DNA of 64,000 bases from Macrostomum hystrix (Eukaryota > Animalia > Platyhelminthes). The stretch is from contig CATNEN010000012.1 in the NCBI GenBank assembly GCA_950097015.1, forward strand, positions 248,001 to 312,000, written 5' to 3'. Positions 1 to 12,210 of the stretch are shown here, piece by piece (positions within the stretch are counted from its first letter, which is position 1; each line of letters begins with the position of its first letter). The notes beneath the pieces were generated by a model. The model did no database searches, was not told the DNA's origin, and saw only the letters and a list, made by a program, of their open reading frames with translations. A program made the translations under genes and the position numbers.

Positions 1-166
1 TGCGAGTCGGCCAATCAGAAGCACTGCGTGTACACCAGCTATCCATCCAATGGGATTGTTCGCATGGATCTGCTCATTCGGAATCTATCAGCAGCAGACT
101 TTGGTCCGTACTTCTGCGTGGCGAGATCGCAACTCGGCTCCGATAAAAAAGCGACTAATGTACTGG
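1..166 (+). CDS. Internal exon encoding the C-terminal half of an Ig-like (I-set) domain, IgLON/lachesin/DIP-like cell-surface protein; 5' partial
   Basis: Translation ...MDLLIRNLSAADFGPYFCVARSQLGSD has the Ig F-strand D-x-G-x-Y-x-C motif; phase-1 donor G|GTGAGA at 166/167. Confidence 0.75.
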
Positions 167-317
167 GTGAGACCAATTTTGCTTTTAAATTTTCTCTTCC
201 GTTGGCCGACCTATATTTCTAGTTAGTCTAGTACAGGGTCGGCAAACTTATAAGCTAGCGGGCCAAAGAGAGAACCTAAAAGATGATAGCGGGCCGCATG
301 GAATAAAGAAATATGTG

Positions 318-690
318 ATAGGGGAGAGATGGACAGAGAACAGATGACAGGGTGAGATGGACAGAGAACAGATGACAGGGAGAGATGGACAGAGAACAGA
401 TGACAGGGAGAGATGGACAGAGAACAGATGACAGGGAGAGCTGGACACTGGAGGGATGAGACACGTGAGAGATGAGACACTGGAGGGATGAGACACGGGA
501 GAGATGAGACGCGGGAGAGCTGAGACACGGGAGAGATGAGACGCGGGAGAGATGAGACACGGTAGAGATGAGACACGGTAGAGATGAGACAGGGGAGATA
601 TGAGACAGGGGAGATATGAGACAGGGCAGATATGAGACAGGGGAGATATGAGACAGGGGAGATATGAGACAGGGGAGATATGAGACAGGG
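318..690. repeat. Compound purine-rich minisatellite (28-bp and 16/17-bp units, e.g. gagacacgggagagat)
   Basis: Tandem units visible; overlapping ORFs are repeat artefacts. Confidence 0.9.
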
Positions 691-794
691 TGATACTGTA
701 GGTGTCGCAAGGGGCAACAGGCCGGATTTGGGAGCTTCGAGGGCCGCATCTGACCGGCCAGAGTTTGCCGACCTCTGGTCTAGTAGAAGCTTTG

Positions 795-1095
795 GAGCTG
801 ATTGGCAAAGCGGTTAACGCCTTTGCCTCTCGCACCAAGGTCCCTGAGCTCGATTCCGCGGCGAGGCCACATTTATTTGGGTCGTATGAGCTGCGGAGTG
901 AAGGCTTGGGCGCTTGTCGTGCAGTTTACGCCCTAAAGGCTAGAAGGTCAGCCCCAAAGATACAGTGAGAGAGTGTACACTGCCAGACGATTAGAAAGAT
1001 ACACGGCGAATGTACACCCCGACTGTGTGAGTGTGCTCAGGAGCCAGCAGAATAGAGGCCAGAACCGCCTCTCGCTGGCTGTCGCTAGCAATCAT
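795..1095 (+). mobile_element. tRNA-derived SINE, family A copy 1
   Basis: A-box-like TGGCAAAGCGG, B-box-like GAGCTCGATTCC; body aligns with 52765-53112 (minus) and 17800-17965. Confidence 0.75.
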
Positions 1096-1614
1096 TATTA
1101 TACTAGCAGAAGCTAATTTTCGTTTAGATAGATACAAGTACATGTGCATGTTCCGCATAAAACTTCAGAAGTAATCGACAGTTTTGGCAGCGGAACCGCC
1201 CCGATTCCAGAAGTTTTTAAACCGGTTCCGTCAGGTACAAAAGAGCGGCTTGGCTAAATGCCCAGCCCAGCCGTGTTACTCTAGTTGTTGTTTCTTCCAC
1301 TGTCCGGTGTCTCACAGCAGTTTCTGTTGTTTTCTTTCATGATTTGAAGCAGAATTTCGTTAGTCAGCCTGTTAATTTAAACCGAATAATAATCAATCAT
1401 TCTGTTAGTTTCCTCTGACACACCGTTCGTTATTGTTTCTGCACGCCACCTGTTGCAGTTTTGCGTTCTGTTGAGTCATTGCCGAGTTGGTGTTGTTTGC
1501 GTTCTTGGTGGCACACAGTTTGGTCTGAAAATTTGCTACTCGTTTCTTGGAATATTCTGTTTAGTCTATGGTATTGGTCAATGACGCAAACTGTTTCCCT
1601 AGAGCTAAGATTAG

Positions 1615-2535
1615 AGATTGGGAAGACAGAGATAGGGAATGAAGAGATGGGGAAGAGAGAGATGGGGAAGAGAGAGATAGGGAAGAGAGAGATGGGGAAG
1701 AGAGAGATGGGGAAGAGAGAGATGGGGAAGAGAGAGATGGGGAAGAGAGAGATAAAGAAGGGAAAGATGGGGAAGATACAGATAGGGAAGAGAGAGATAG
1801 GGAAGAGAGAGATGAAGAAGGGAGAGATGGGGAAGAGACAGATGGGGAAGAGAGAGATGGGGAAGAGACAGATGGGGAAGAGAGAGATGGGGCAGAGAGA
1901 GATAGGGAAGGTAGAGATGGGGAAGAGAGAGATGGGCAAGAGGAGATATGAAGAAGGGAGAGATGGGGAAGATACAGATAGGGAAGAGAGAGATAGGGGA
2001 AGAGAGAGATGAAGGAAGGGAGAGATGGGGAAGAGACAGATGGGGAAGAGAGAGATGGGGAAGAGACAGATGGGGAAGAGAGAGATGGCGAAGAGAGAGA
2101 TAGGGAAGGTAGAGATGGGGAAGAGAGAGATGGGCAAGGGAGATATGAAGAAGGGAGAGATGGGGAAGAGACAGATGGGGAAGAGAGAGATGGGGCAGAG
2201 AGAGATAGGGAAGGTAGAGATGGGGAAGAGAGAGATGGGGAAGAGAGGGATAGGGAAGGAAGAGATGGGGAAGAGAGAGATGGGGAAGGGAGGGATGGGG
2301 AAGGGAGGGATGGGAAAGAGAGACATGGGGAAGAGAGAGATTGGGAAGGTAGAGATGAGGAAGAGAGAGATGGGGAAGAGAGAGCTAGGGAAGGAAGAGA
2401 TGGGGAAGTGAGAGATGCAGAAGAGAGGGATGGGGAAGAGAGAGATGGGGAAGGGAGAGATTGGGAAGAGATGGGGAAGGGAGAGATTGGGAAGAGATGG
2501 GGAAGGGAGAGATTGGGAAGAGATGGGGAAGGGAG
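1615..2535. repeat. 15-bp purine-rich minisatellite (ggggaagagagagat)
   Basis: Tandem units visible. Confidence 0.95.
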
Positions 2536-3542
2536 AAGTGTAAGAAGTGGATGAGAGCTGTGAGGTGTGAAAGTTGCACTCACACGTATCTCATGGACAC
2601 TCACGGATACAGGTTTCAGTCACCAACCTGCATTGCACCTGCATGTAAAAACGTTGCATTGCGGCTGGATAAGACGTGCAAATTTCCAGGTGCGGTCGAA
2701 GCTTGGACGATGAAAGTCCTCGTCAAAATGGATTGGCCAACCATTGTCATCCATCAAAAAGTCCAGAAGAAAACTCCGCAGCAAAGGCAAAATAAGAGAC
2801 TTACAATCCGGAGTTTGTCCACTTGTTTACTTATGCCAATCCCCCTGGTTGAGAGAGAAGGGACCAAAACGTCACTTAAAACCCGGTTGCCATGCGGTCT
2901 CCAGGGCTGGTAGACGTACACACATATATATAGCATTATCCTTGTGTTTATTCCAGCATCCCATGCCGCTATCGTGTATCTTCTAGGTCAGATTCTTTCT
3001 TTCGACGCTTAACATTGTCCAAAGTAGTCCAACCAAGAGCCCACACCAATGCAGAAGTTACCCCATTCAGTTCTTATTCGGTTTTGGCTGTCAACTTTTG
3101 TTTGCCTTGCACTCCATCCCTCCTGGAATGAAGATAGCTAAACTAAGAAAGCTAAGAAATATACAATAGCGACTAGAGACGCTTCCCGATTGGTCAGCCA
3201 GTGCCCGGTTCTCTTTCACTGCAGAGGTAGACGACGCCAGGCCGGAGATTTTCACACGACAGCCGCCGCAGCCGCCGCCAGTGGTGCCTGGACAGAACGG
3301 CGGTGCAACAGACTCGACGGAGCTGGCCAACCGTCACGCCAGTGAGTCACAGTCAGGATTGCTGAAATTAAACATATTTTCTACTTGCCAATCGAATTCA
3401 CCTTAAAATTCACCTTAAAATTTCCGGATTTTTTCGCGCCTTTTCGTGTATTAAAACAATTTTTGCAATTCAGGTAGAGCAGCTCGCTTGACAACAATTA
3501 AATAGAGAACTCAGAATCAACATTTAAATTTTCTTAGAATTT

Positions 3543-3582
3543 TGCCAATGCATTTCGACCACAATCGGTCATCTTCAGGGCA
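3543..3582 (-). ncRNA. Minimal type I hammerhead ribozyme in the 3' region of the Penelope-like element
   Basis: Minus strand: UGCC-CUGAAGA-U-GACCG(AUUG)UGGUC-GAAA-UGCA-UU-GGCA; stem I UGCC/GGCA, stem II 5 bp, palindromic helix III AUGCAU, NUH site AUU. Confidence 0.8.
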
Positions 3583-3734
3583 GACACATCAATTAAACAC
3601 ACAGAACCAAGTTATATATATTTTTAAGAAATGAAAACTGTACAATACAAAGTGCGAATCAATTTCGGTCCAGTCCGGTTAACAAGAGAAAAAAAACAAC
3701 AACCAAATAAAGTTCAACGACGCTTCTAACATAG

Positions 3735-4880
3735 CTAAAACACATTGAGTTGGCGGCTTGCACCCCCCATGGCTAACTGACTGTTCAAATATGGTTTCTG
3801 AGCCTTAATGTACATAGCCTAGAGAATATTCAATTTGTTTTCTTGGCTACAGGAATCAATCACTTTAAACATATCACAACAGTTCTTATTGCAACAGGAG
3901 TTACACGAGAGAAGGTGCTCATTGATGGCAGAATTTCTAATCCAATGCTCCTTAACCCTTGTGTACAAGTGTCGCTTAGTTTTACCTATGTAGGAGATGT
4001 TCTGATCCACAGAACAATGAAATTTATACACGACACCTGCAACAAGTGGTCTAGGAACATGGGACTTCAACCTGCAGACAAACTGAGCAATCTTTTCCGT
4101 GCGGAACAAAACCCGGAGCTGGGAATCAATGTGACTTCTAAATAATTTTTCCACTTTCTTCCCAAACTCCATGGAGCAGAGGTCCAAAAAAGGAACCACA
4201 ATCACGGGGCTACGATCATTATTGGGATCTTTCTTCTGAGTATGGTTTTGACCAGAAAACTTCTTGCAGAGAAACCTATTAATGATGTTGGAAATATGAC
4301 CACGAGGGTATCCATTCATCATGAACCACCGAGTAAGCTGCTCAAGCTCATCATGAAAAAGCTTCCAGGAACTGCAAATCAGAAAAGCTCTTTGGAGAAA
4401 GCACTGCACCAAACCGTCTTTCCATTGCCTAGGACAGAGGGCATCAAACCTTAGCATGAGACCAGTGAAGCTAGCTTTTCTAAACACGCTAGTTTGAATC
4501 AAGCCTTTACTCACATAGACGTCAATGTCCAGAAAGGGAAGTCTTTTTTCACCACCCTCAGAAGTAAACTTGATGTTCTTATGGGTAGCATTGATAGTAT
4601 TGAAGAACTCTTCCTTTTTGGCCTCATTGTCGAAAATGGCAAAAGTATCATCCACATAACGTTTGTAAAAATGTGGAGCACACGGGAGGGCCATCCACTC
4701 TTTTTCCCAGTAAGCCATGCAGAGATTGGCAAGAGTGGGAGCCAGAGGACTGCCCATAGCGCATCCATCAATCTGCCTGTAGTATTTGTCCCGGAACAGG
4801 AAAATACCAGAGGTGGCGAACCCAAGCATCTTCTTGAAAGTGGTTTTAGGAAAGGATGGGTGATTAGAAGTGAAACGCGT
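3735..4880 (-). mobile_element. 5'-truncated Penelope-like retroelement: reverse transcriptase plus GIY-YIG endonuclease, one nonsense codon at 3819-3821
   Basis: RT motifs QIDGCAMGSPLAPTLAN and YKRYVDDTF; GIY-YIG VVYKF...SYIGKTKRHL.TR..EH; frame continues past TAG as AMYIKAQKPYLNSQ to a stop at 3735. Confidence 0.92.
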
Positions 4881-5879
4881 TAGTTATGCTACGCATGCTA
4901 GATTAATTTTAATTGTAACTACATCCTTACATTTTCATAACGATAATTTCGCACCATTCTTCAACTCGTTGCTCCAGCTGGCAGCACGTTGCAGGGAACC
5001 AAAGCAGCCTGCCGACCAATGGCCTCTGACGATCTCCGGCTGAGCTGTCTGGCAGCCGCGGCATCTCTGACTCTGGTCAGCGTGCTGCTCACAGTCTGAG
5101 ATATGCTCCCCATGTGCGTACTGAGCACACTTGCCTAAGCTTTGCAGTATAACTATTCCAAAGAACAATAATGCTATAAAAATATTCTAATGCAATAACT
5201 AAATGAATTCCTAAATCTAACAAAATTACTTCCATTATTCAGTTTCAAATTAACGAAAATTGCAAACATTTAAAGTTTACCTCCGCATCTGACTACTTAT
5301 CTGTTACAATTAGTAGCCATGTGCGTATAATATTTATGATATTTAAATAACTGCTTTTCTTCAAAATTATTGAGTGCGTAAAGTTAGAAAACATTGCGTT
5401 TACTCTCATGTTTGCTAAAACTGTAGTTATTTTACCATAACAACTCTGTTTGACTCATACAAATGGTATTTATGCTTCGTCCTGTCCGTGCGTTGTAGTA
5501 CATGTCCTTTATGTCTGCACCTTCCTACATTTCCCCTGTTGGCTCGTAACAGTAAAATTACATCTCGACCAACTTTGCGGCAGTGCAGACATCAGTCAAT
5601 CCTGATTAGATTCTGTGTTAGATTTTCAATGGAGTGTGTGCAGTGTCATTATTGTTGCAAGTCTATCTGTATCTAGTACCATTACCTATCTCTGAACTCA
5701 TTTGCGTACACAATTTTTTAATGGCAAAATAAACAAACACCAGATACAGTACTTTGTTGAGAATTTGTTCGTATGTAATTTTGAAAGATTTGAATCTCTT
5801 TAGTATTTTCCTGTTTAGAATAGGTCTAATTTACCTCGCCTTGCAAATGAACTCATGTTTTCCCATTCTCACACGAACT

Positions 5880-6631
5880 CTCATCCAGTTAATCATTGTC
5901 CCATCAATTCTCACCCATTTAATGAATCTCACATCAATTCTCATCCAGTTAATGATTCTCCCATCAATTCTCATCCAGTTAATGATTCTCCCATCAATTC
6001 TCACCCATTTAATGATTCTCCCATCAATTCTCATCCAGTTAATCATTGTCCCATCAATTCTCACCCATTTAATGAATCTCACATCAATTCTCATCCATTT
6101 AATGATTCTCCCATCAATTCTCATCCAGTTAATGATTCTCCCATCAATTCTCACCCATTTAATGATTCTCCCATCAATTCTCATCCAGTTAATCATTGTC
6201 CCATCAATTCTCACCCATTTAATGAATCTCACATCAATTCTCACCCATTTAATGAATCTCCTATCAATTCTCATCCAGTTAATCATTGTCCCATCAATTC
6301 TCACCCATTTAATGATTCTCCTATCAATTCTCACCCATTTATTGAATCTCACATCAATTCTCACCCATTTAATGAATCTCACATCAATTCTCACCCATTT
6401 AATGAATCTCCTATCAATTCTCATCCAGTTAATCATTGTCCCATCAATTCTCACCCATTTAATGATTATCCTATCAATTCTCACCCATTTATTGAATCTC
6501 ACATCAATTCTCACCCATTTAATGATTATCCTATCAATTCTCACCCATTTATTGAATCTCACATCAATTCTCACCCATTTAATGAATCTCACATCAATTC
6601 TCACCCATTTATTGATTCTCCTATCAATTCT
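5880..6631. repeat. 30-bp minisatellite (tctcacccatttaatgattctcccatcaat), left part
   Basis: Tandem units; the same array resumes at 10170. Confidence 0.95.
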
Positions 6632-6830
6632 TGTGTACTTTACTCAGGGCATGCTCTGCGGGCTCTCTGGGTAAAGTGTGTTAACCCCCCACCCCTTCCT
6701 CCGCCTGTGCGCGCGCGCGGGTTTTTTATGCCGCCCCTCTGTCTGTCCTGCCGTTCAATCTCGCTGCCCCCGCACGCGTGCGCTAAAAATTTTGCTGAAT
6801 CATTGTGGCCCAATCACGCTGGCCTGTGGC

Positions 6831-7444
6831 ATGGAAAAACTTACGGCCAGACAGCTTAGAACTGAGTTAGCCAAGCGCGGCCTTCCAAAATCCGGGGGCA
6901 AGCAGCAGCTGTACTAGCGACTTCGTCAACACGTGCAGTCTGGGGCCTCAGCGGATGACATCGACCGCTTCGACGGGACGTTCGACGACCTACAGCACAC
7001 CGACAGACGATCGTCAGGTGGGCACGGGACGTCAGGGAGCGCGGCTGGCGACCTGGCGGCTCTACGGAAGGAGGTGGAAGAGCTCGAGATCAAGGCGCTC
7101 ACGCGGCGTCGCGCCCAACTACAGAGCGAACTCAACCAACCAGTAGCATGAGGACTACAGAAGGCTGATGGCGGAGTCCGACACGCATCAATGGGGCTGT
7201 GAGCCCCCCCCAGCTTTACCATCGCCACATCAAAGCACCTCGCAACCTAAAGGTTACGCTGAATCGCCAATGCACCTCGTACCAGCAGGCGCCACCCATC
7301 TGCCTGAGCTTTAACTCTCCGGCCGGCTGCCAGCGGTCCAACTGCAGGTACCGGCACGTCTGCAAAATCGCCGGCTGTGGCAAGCCGCACCCCGCCCATC
7401 AGCACCGACCGACTGGCGATGCGGCGGAGGGAGCAAAAAACTAG
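6831..7444 (+). pseudogene. DIRS gag-like ORF (SAP-like domain, coiled coil, C-terminal Cys/His finger), interrupted
   Basis: MEKLTARQLRTELAKRGLPKSGGKQQLY*RLRQH; stops at 6915-6917 and 7149-7151; finger lies in the 7199-7444 frame. Confidence 0.7.
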
Positions 7445-7564
7445 ATTTATTTTATAGCCACCCTGCTTTTAATTCCCAGTTTCCTTCGCCCCATCGCTTG
7501 CTCCCGCCACCCCGCCCCCGCCACTGCCTGCTCGTCTGCCCCGCTCCCCCCGCCGCGCCGCGCC

Positions 7565-9093
7565 ATGTCTTCCGACATGAACCTCACCGCTTGGGACGCG
7601 CTGCTGCACAACGACCCGGACGAAGAATTCCTTCGCGACGGCCTGCACAACTGTTTCCGTCTGGTCAACAAGCCTCCTCCCGTCATCACGCACTCCTCCA
7701 ACTACCGCTCCGCTATTGACAATGCCCTGCAGGTGGAAAAGCAGCTCTCTGACGAGCTCCGCCTGGGTCGGCTGCAGTTCGCTAAGGGCCTCGTCATGGT
7801 GAACGCCATCGGCGCGATCCCAAAACCTGACGGAAGCGTCCGGATCATTCACGATCTCGCCAGCCCCTCGGGCTCTTCCGTCAACGACAGCTACGAGCAG
7901 AAAAGAGGCCTGAGGTTTGCATCCGTTCGGGACCTGGTGCGCCATGTCCGGCCTGGCTCCTTCATCGGCAAGGTGGACCTCAAGCAGGCTTACCGTTCCG
8001 TCGGCATCCACCCGGAAGATCAGATGTTGACAGGCCTCAGCTGGCGCTTCGCCACGGACAGCGCCCCATCGCTGCTCATCGATACCCGGCTGCCTTTCGG
8101 TGCCCGGGCCTCGTGCGAGATCTTCCACCGCCTCTCTGCCGTCATTCAGCGACACATGCTAAGGCAGGGTTTCTCCGCCACCATCAACTACCTGGATGAC
8201 TGGGCGGTGGCTGGCGACTCGCAGGAAACTGCCAACCACGCCTACACCTACCTTGTGAACCTCCTGCAAGATCTAGGCTTCACCATCAATTGGGGCAAAT
8301 CTGCCGCGCCGGCGCAGCGAGTGGTGTTCCTCGGCGTCCAAATTGACACGACAGAGGGCACGCTGACTCTCCCACAGGACAAGGCCGAGAACACTCGGGT
8401 GTTGCTGAACGACTGCCTCATTCTACCGTCAATATCAAGCAGCTGGAGAGACTGGTCGGGAAGCTGTGCTGGCTGGGCCAAATCAACAAGTTGCTGCGCC
8501 CCTTTTTGCGCCCGCTTTTCGACCTCATTAGCGTTGGCAGAGACCTCCGGCTACCTCAAGAAGCTCGCGAGCTGCTGCAATGATGGCTGCAAGCTGTCAG
8601 CATGCTTCCACCCACTCCGATTCACCCCCGCTTCCGCCAGCTGGTGGCCATCGAGGCCGATAGCAGCAGCGAAGGTGCCGCTGGCATCGTGAGCGGCTCT
8701 AGCCTCAACGACTGGGTGTTCTTTAGCTGGGAGCACGACTTCGAGTCCAAGTATAAGGACCTCCACATCAACTATAAGGAGGCCCTGACTCCGCTCCTCA
8801 TCATCCTGCGGCTCTGCGACCAGCTCAGCAACAGCCGGGTGGTGATCTACTCGGACAGCACCGCGGCCGTCGGCATGATCAACAAGCTGTCCTGCAGGCA
8901 TCCGCAGCTCATTCAGATCTATCAGTCCGTGGCCCTCCTGTGCCTCAAGTCTGGCATCCAGCTGCAGGCTTTTCACCTGCCCGGTCGAATGCAGCTCATC
9001 AGTGATCCCGCCTCTCGCATGCTCAGCTCTAAGCAGGAGCTCGTTAACTTCCTTTGCCGCCACTATGGCTCTCTCACTGTCTGTCGCAATTAA
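7565..9093 (+). pseudogene. DIRS reverse transcriptase / RNase H, frameshifted
   Basis: KVDLKQAYR, LPFGARASCEIF, YLDDW, VFLGVQIDT; RNase H EADSS, INYKEA, IYSDSTAAV, ISDPASR in a different frame. Confidence 0.85.
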
Positions 9094-9930
9094 TTTGTCT
9101 CCCACGCAATTTCTGCCGCGTCCCGCACCGCCCTCCACTCACAGGTCGCAGCCGCGCTCCCGACCGTCCTGCCGTGTCCGTGCCCGCCCTGTGCCGCTTC
9201 GTCGCGTTCCTCATCGATCGAGGCCGCACCGTGCAAGCCAGCCTCAGCGCGGTGTCATTCGCCCATAGAACTTCGGACTCTCCAGACCCTACAAAGCACA
9301 ACGCCCGACTGGAGCTCGTCTGCCGTGGAGCCCGACGACTGCTGGCCAAGCCACCGCGAAGGGCAGAACCCCTACAGCCTCGCCATCTCCGCCTGCTCTG
9401 CAGCAACCCAACGCTCCAGCGCTCAATGCCCCCGCGTCTCCTGGCGGCTTTCAAAGCAGCGCTACTTGTCGCCTGGTGGGGTGTGCTCCGACTGGGTGAG
9501 CTGCTACCGTCGCCACACGGCCTGCGACGCGGCGCGCTTAATTCCTGCCCCGGCGGCCTATGCCTGTCGATTGAGAGGTCCAAAACCAACCAATTCAAGG
9601 AGCGCCAGCTGCGGTGCTCGGACTGTCCGACAATCTGCCCAGCCGCCGCTCTGACCGCTCATCTGCGCGAGAACCAAATTTTCGAGCCTCAGCAACCTTT
9701 GTTTTCCATCCTGGGCGCCCGCAGGCGAGTTCCGCTGGCTGCCGCAACCTTCATCCGTCTCCTCAAGCGAGGCCTCGCAGCGTGCGGCGTCGCTCAGCAA
9801 AACTTCTCTGGCCACAGCCTGTGCAGATGCGGAGCCAGTGCCGCCTTCCAGAGCGGCCTCTCAGTCGCTGACATTCGCTGCCTCGGCGACTAGCGTTCTG
9901 ACTCGGTCTTCCGCTATTTTTCCGATGATG
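9054..9930 (+). pseudogene. DIRS tyrosine recombinase, inactivated
   Basis: LRLGEL, RSKTNQ, GHSLCR (HxxR Arg is Cys), LGD*RSDSVFRYF (TAG in place of Trp, upstream of the catalytic Tyr). Confidence 0.85.
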
Positions 9931-10169
9931 CGTCTCTCGCGCGCAGGCGCTCTGCCGCCCTGCGGGTTGCTGCCGCCATCAAGTGACCCTCCTGCGTTGA
10001 CCTTTGCCTTGCCGGCCTTTGTTCGCTCCCTTTCTCCTCCTCTTCCGCTCCTCCCCTTGTGTCGGGGTCGCTTTCCCCGCCTCGACCTGCTGGCTCGCTG
10101 CCATCTGCTTTGTGCTCGCTGCCACTATTTGTGCGTTCGCCTTGCTCTTTCTAAGGGTCTGGTGGTTAA

Positions 10170-10464
10170 CACCCATTTAATGATTCTCCCATCAATTCTC
10201 ACCCATTTAATGATTCTGTTATCAATTCTCACCCATTTAATGATTCTCCCATCAATTCTCACCCATTTAATGATTCTCCCATCAATTCTCACCCATTTAT
10301 TGATTCTCCCATCAATTCTCACCCATTTATTGATTCTCCCATCGATTCTCACCCATTTAATGATTCTCCCATCAATTCTCACCCATTTAATGATTCTCCT
10401 ATCAATTCAGTTAATCATTCTCACATAAATTCTCATCCAGTTCATCATTGTCACATCAATTCTC
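10170..10464. repeat. 30-bp minisatellite, right part
   Basis: Same unit as 5880-6631. Confidence 0.9.
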
Positions 10465-11050
10465 TTACTTACTTACTTTGCAGGGGGGCCTGGGGCACTT
10501 GACGCACAAACACAGGAACGGCATGCCCCCAGGCCGGCGAACTAGGCGAGAGCCGCCCATCGCGCCGCTCCCCTGAGCAGGCACCTCACACACACAGCAG
10601 CAAGCCAAGCGGGGAAGGGGGCGGCAGCCGGAGTGCCTCTCACCCCAGGCCCGCACACGCACAGAGCAGACCAAGCCGGGGCGGAAGGCTGATAGAAATC
10701 AGTCCTCAGGGGGGGCGGGTGACGAGTGTACACTTTATCCAATCGCGCTGACGGAAATCCAGATGAGCGCGCGGCGGTGTACACCCGCCCCCCCCAGCCA
10801 CCCCCCCGCAAGGTCTAACGCCCCAGCGCCAACGCACAAACTCAAACAACGCAGAACAGGCACACAGAAGGTAGGAGCGAAGCTATTTTTCAAGCTTTGA
10901 TTGCACGAAATAAGGTGCACCTCCGCCGGTCGCTACTGTCCAAACCCCCCCAACAAGTACCGAAATTAATCGTGACCTGAAGGGTGAATCGAACTAGCGT
11001 CCTTTGGAGTGCGAGGCAGCGACGTTAGCCGCTGACCCCCCTAGCCCCGC
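10465..11050 (-). mobile_element. tRNA-derived SINE, family B copy 1, 13-bp TSD
   Basis: TSD cacatcaattctc at 10452-10464 and 11051-11063; head GGTCAGCGG...GTTCGATTC; (AAGT)n tail; aligns with 54353-55072. Confidence 0.85.
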
Positions 11051-11296
11051 CACATCAATTCTCACCCTATCAATTCGTTTTGCTTGCGGGCAAGTCTTTC
11101 AAATTTTCAATCTTATTTACTATTTGCTGTATTACAAGTTATCAATACTATTTCCATAGACATAAAATATTCTGCATTAAACTAGGCTAAAAGATCTGTG
11201 GTCTAGTAGACATTCAATCGGACAAGTTATCTGCCTGAGATTCATCTTTAATAGTTTGAGCAGTCTCGACATTTAGCTCAGCAGCGCAGCTCAACC

Positions 11297-11395
11297 ATGG
11301 ACTTATTCATCCCGCTGACAGGAGTTGGCTTTGTACTGTTCATCATGCTCATCATGTTCCAATTGGTCGGTATCTATATCATGCTGACTGTCTGA
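11297..11395 (+). CDS. Candidate 32-aa single-pass micropeptide MDLFIPLTGVGFVLFIMLIMFQLVGIYIMLTV
   Basis: Strong Kozak context caaccATGG, hydrophobic ORF, upstream AG acceptor, AATAAA at 11443-11448. Confidence 0.3.
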   Translation: MDLFIPLTGVGFVLFIMLIMFQLVGIYIMLTV

Positions 11396-11634
11396 CTGTC
11401 TGACTATCTAATGGTGAATTACTAACTAACCATTTTTACTAAAATAAATTTGCCGATTAAAATGCTCGAGTGTTGATTGTAAGTTTTGTCTTGTTTATGA
11501 CTTTACTGGTTTAAAATTCACGAAGAAAAAATATAATATTAAACACTTTTAAGCAAAAATATTCGATAAATTACAAAAGATTACTCTTTTTTTGTCAGGA
11601 AATACTTTCTGATAGCAAGCTGACGCCTAACTGC

Positions 11635-12210
11635 TAACTCATCACTAACTCATCACTAACTCATCACTAACTCATCACTAACTCATCACTAACTCATCAC
11701 TAACTCATCACTAACTCACAACTAGCTGATCAGTATCACTAACTCATCACTAACTCATCACTAACTCATCACTAACTCATCACTAACTCACAACTAGCTG
11801 ATCAGTATCACTAACTCATCACTAACTCACAACTAGCTGATCAGTATCACTAACTCATCACTAACTCACAACTAGCTGATCAGTATCACTAACTCATCAC
11901 TAACTCATCACTAACTCATCACTAACTCATCACTAACTCACAACTAGCTGATCAGTATCACTAACTCATCACTAACTCACAACTAGCTGATCAGTATCAC
12001 TAACTCATCACTAACTCATCACTAACTCACAATTAGCTTATCACTAACTCATCACTAACCCAAAACTAGCTTATCACTAACTCATCACTAACTCACAACT
12101 AGCTTATCAGTATCACTAACTCATCACTAACTCATCACTAACTCACAACTAGCTTATCACTAACTCATCACTAACCCAAAACTAGCTTATCACTAACTCA
12201 TCACTAATAA
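11635..12210. repeat. 11-bp minisatellite (tcactaactca) with variant units
   Basis: Tandem units visible. Confidence 0.95.

Larger units (their letters stand above)
6632..10169 (+). mobile_element. DIRS/Ngaro-type tyrosine-recombinase retrotransposon, decayed (gag, RT/RNase H, YR)
   Basis: gag from ATG 6831 with SAP-like start and Cys/His finger ICLSFN...C..HVC..CGKPH; RT with YLDD (7565-8692); RNase H (8602-9093); overlapping YR (9054-9893); splits one minisatellite unit without TSD. Confidence 0.9.

Noticed and set aside
223-2604. Long low-complexity ORFs over minisatellites (also 5754-6859, 20343-22180, 31233-31985, 35911-36837, 56053-56661)
   Set aside because: Open in several frames because the repeat units lack stops; no protein homology
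2580-3400. Possible exons of the Ig gene or an antisense gene (also 4960-5140, 15670-15870, 21150-21307, 23290-23550, 30970-31210)
   Set aside because: Coding-like composition, but no recognisable domain and no exon chain I could assemble with confidence
4855-4885. GAAACGCGT, resembling a hammerhead helix III at the 5' edge of the Penelope element
   Set aside because: No CUGANGA or stem II upstream
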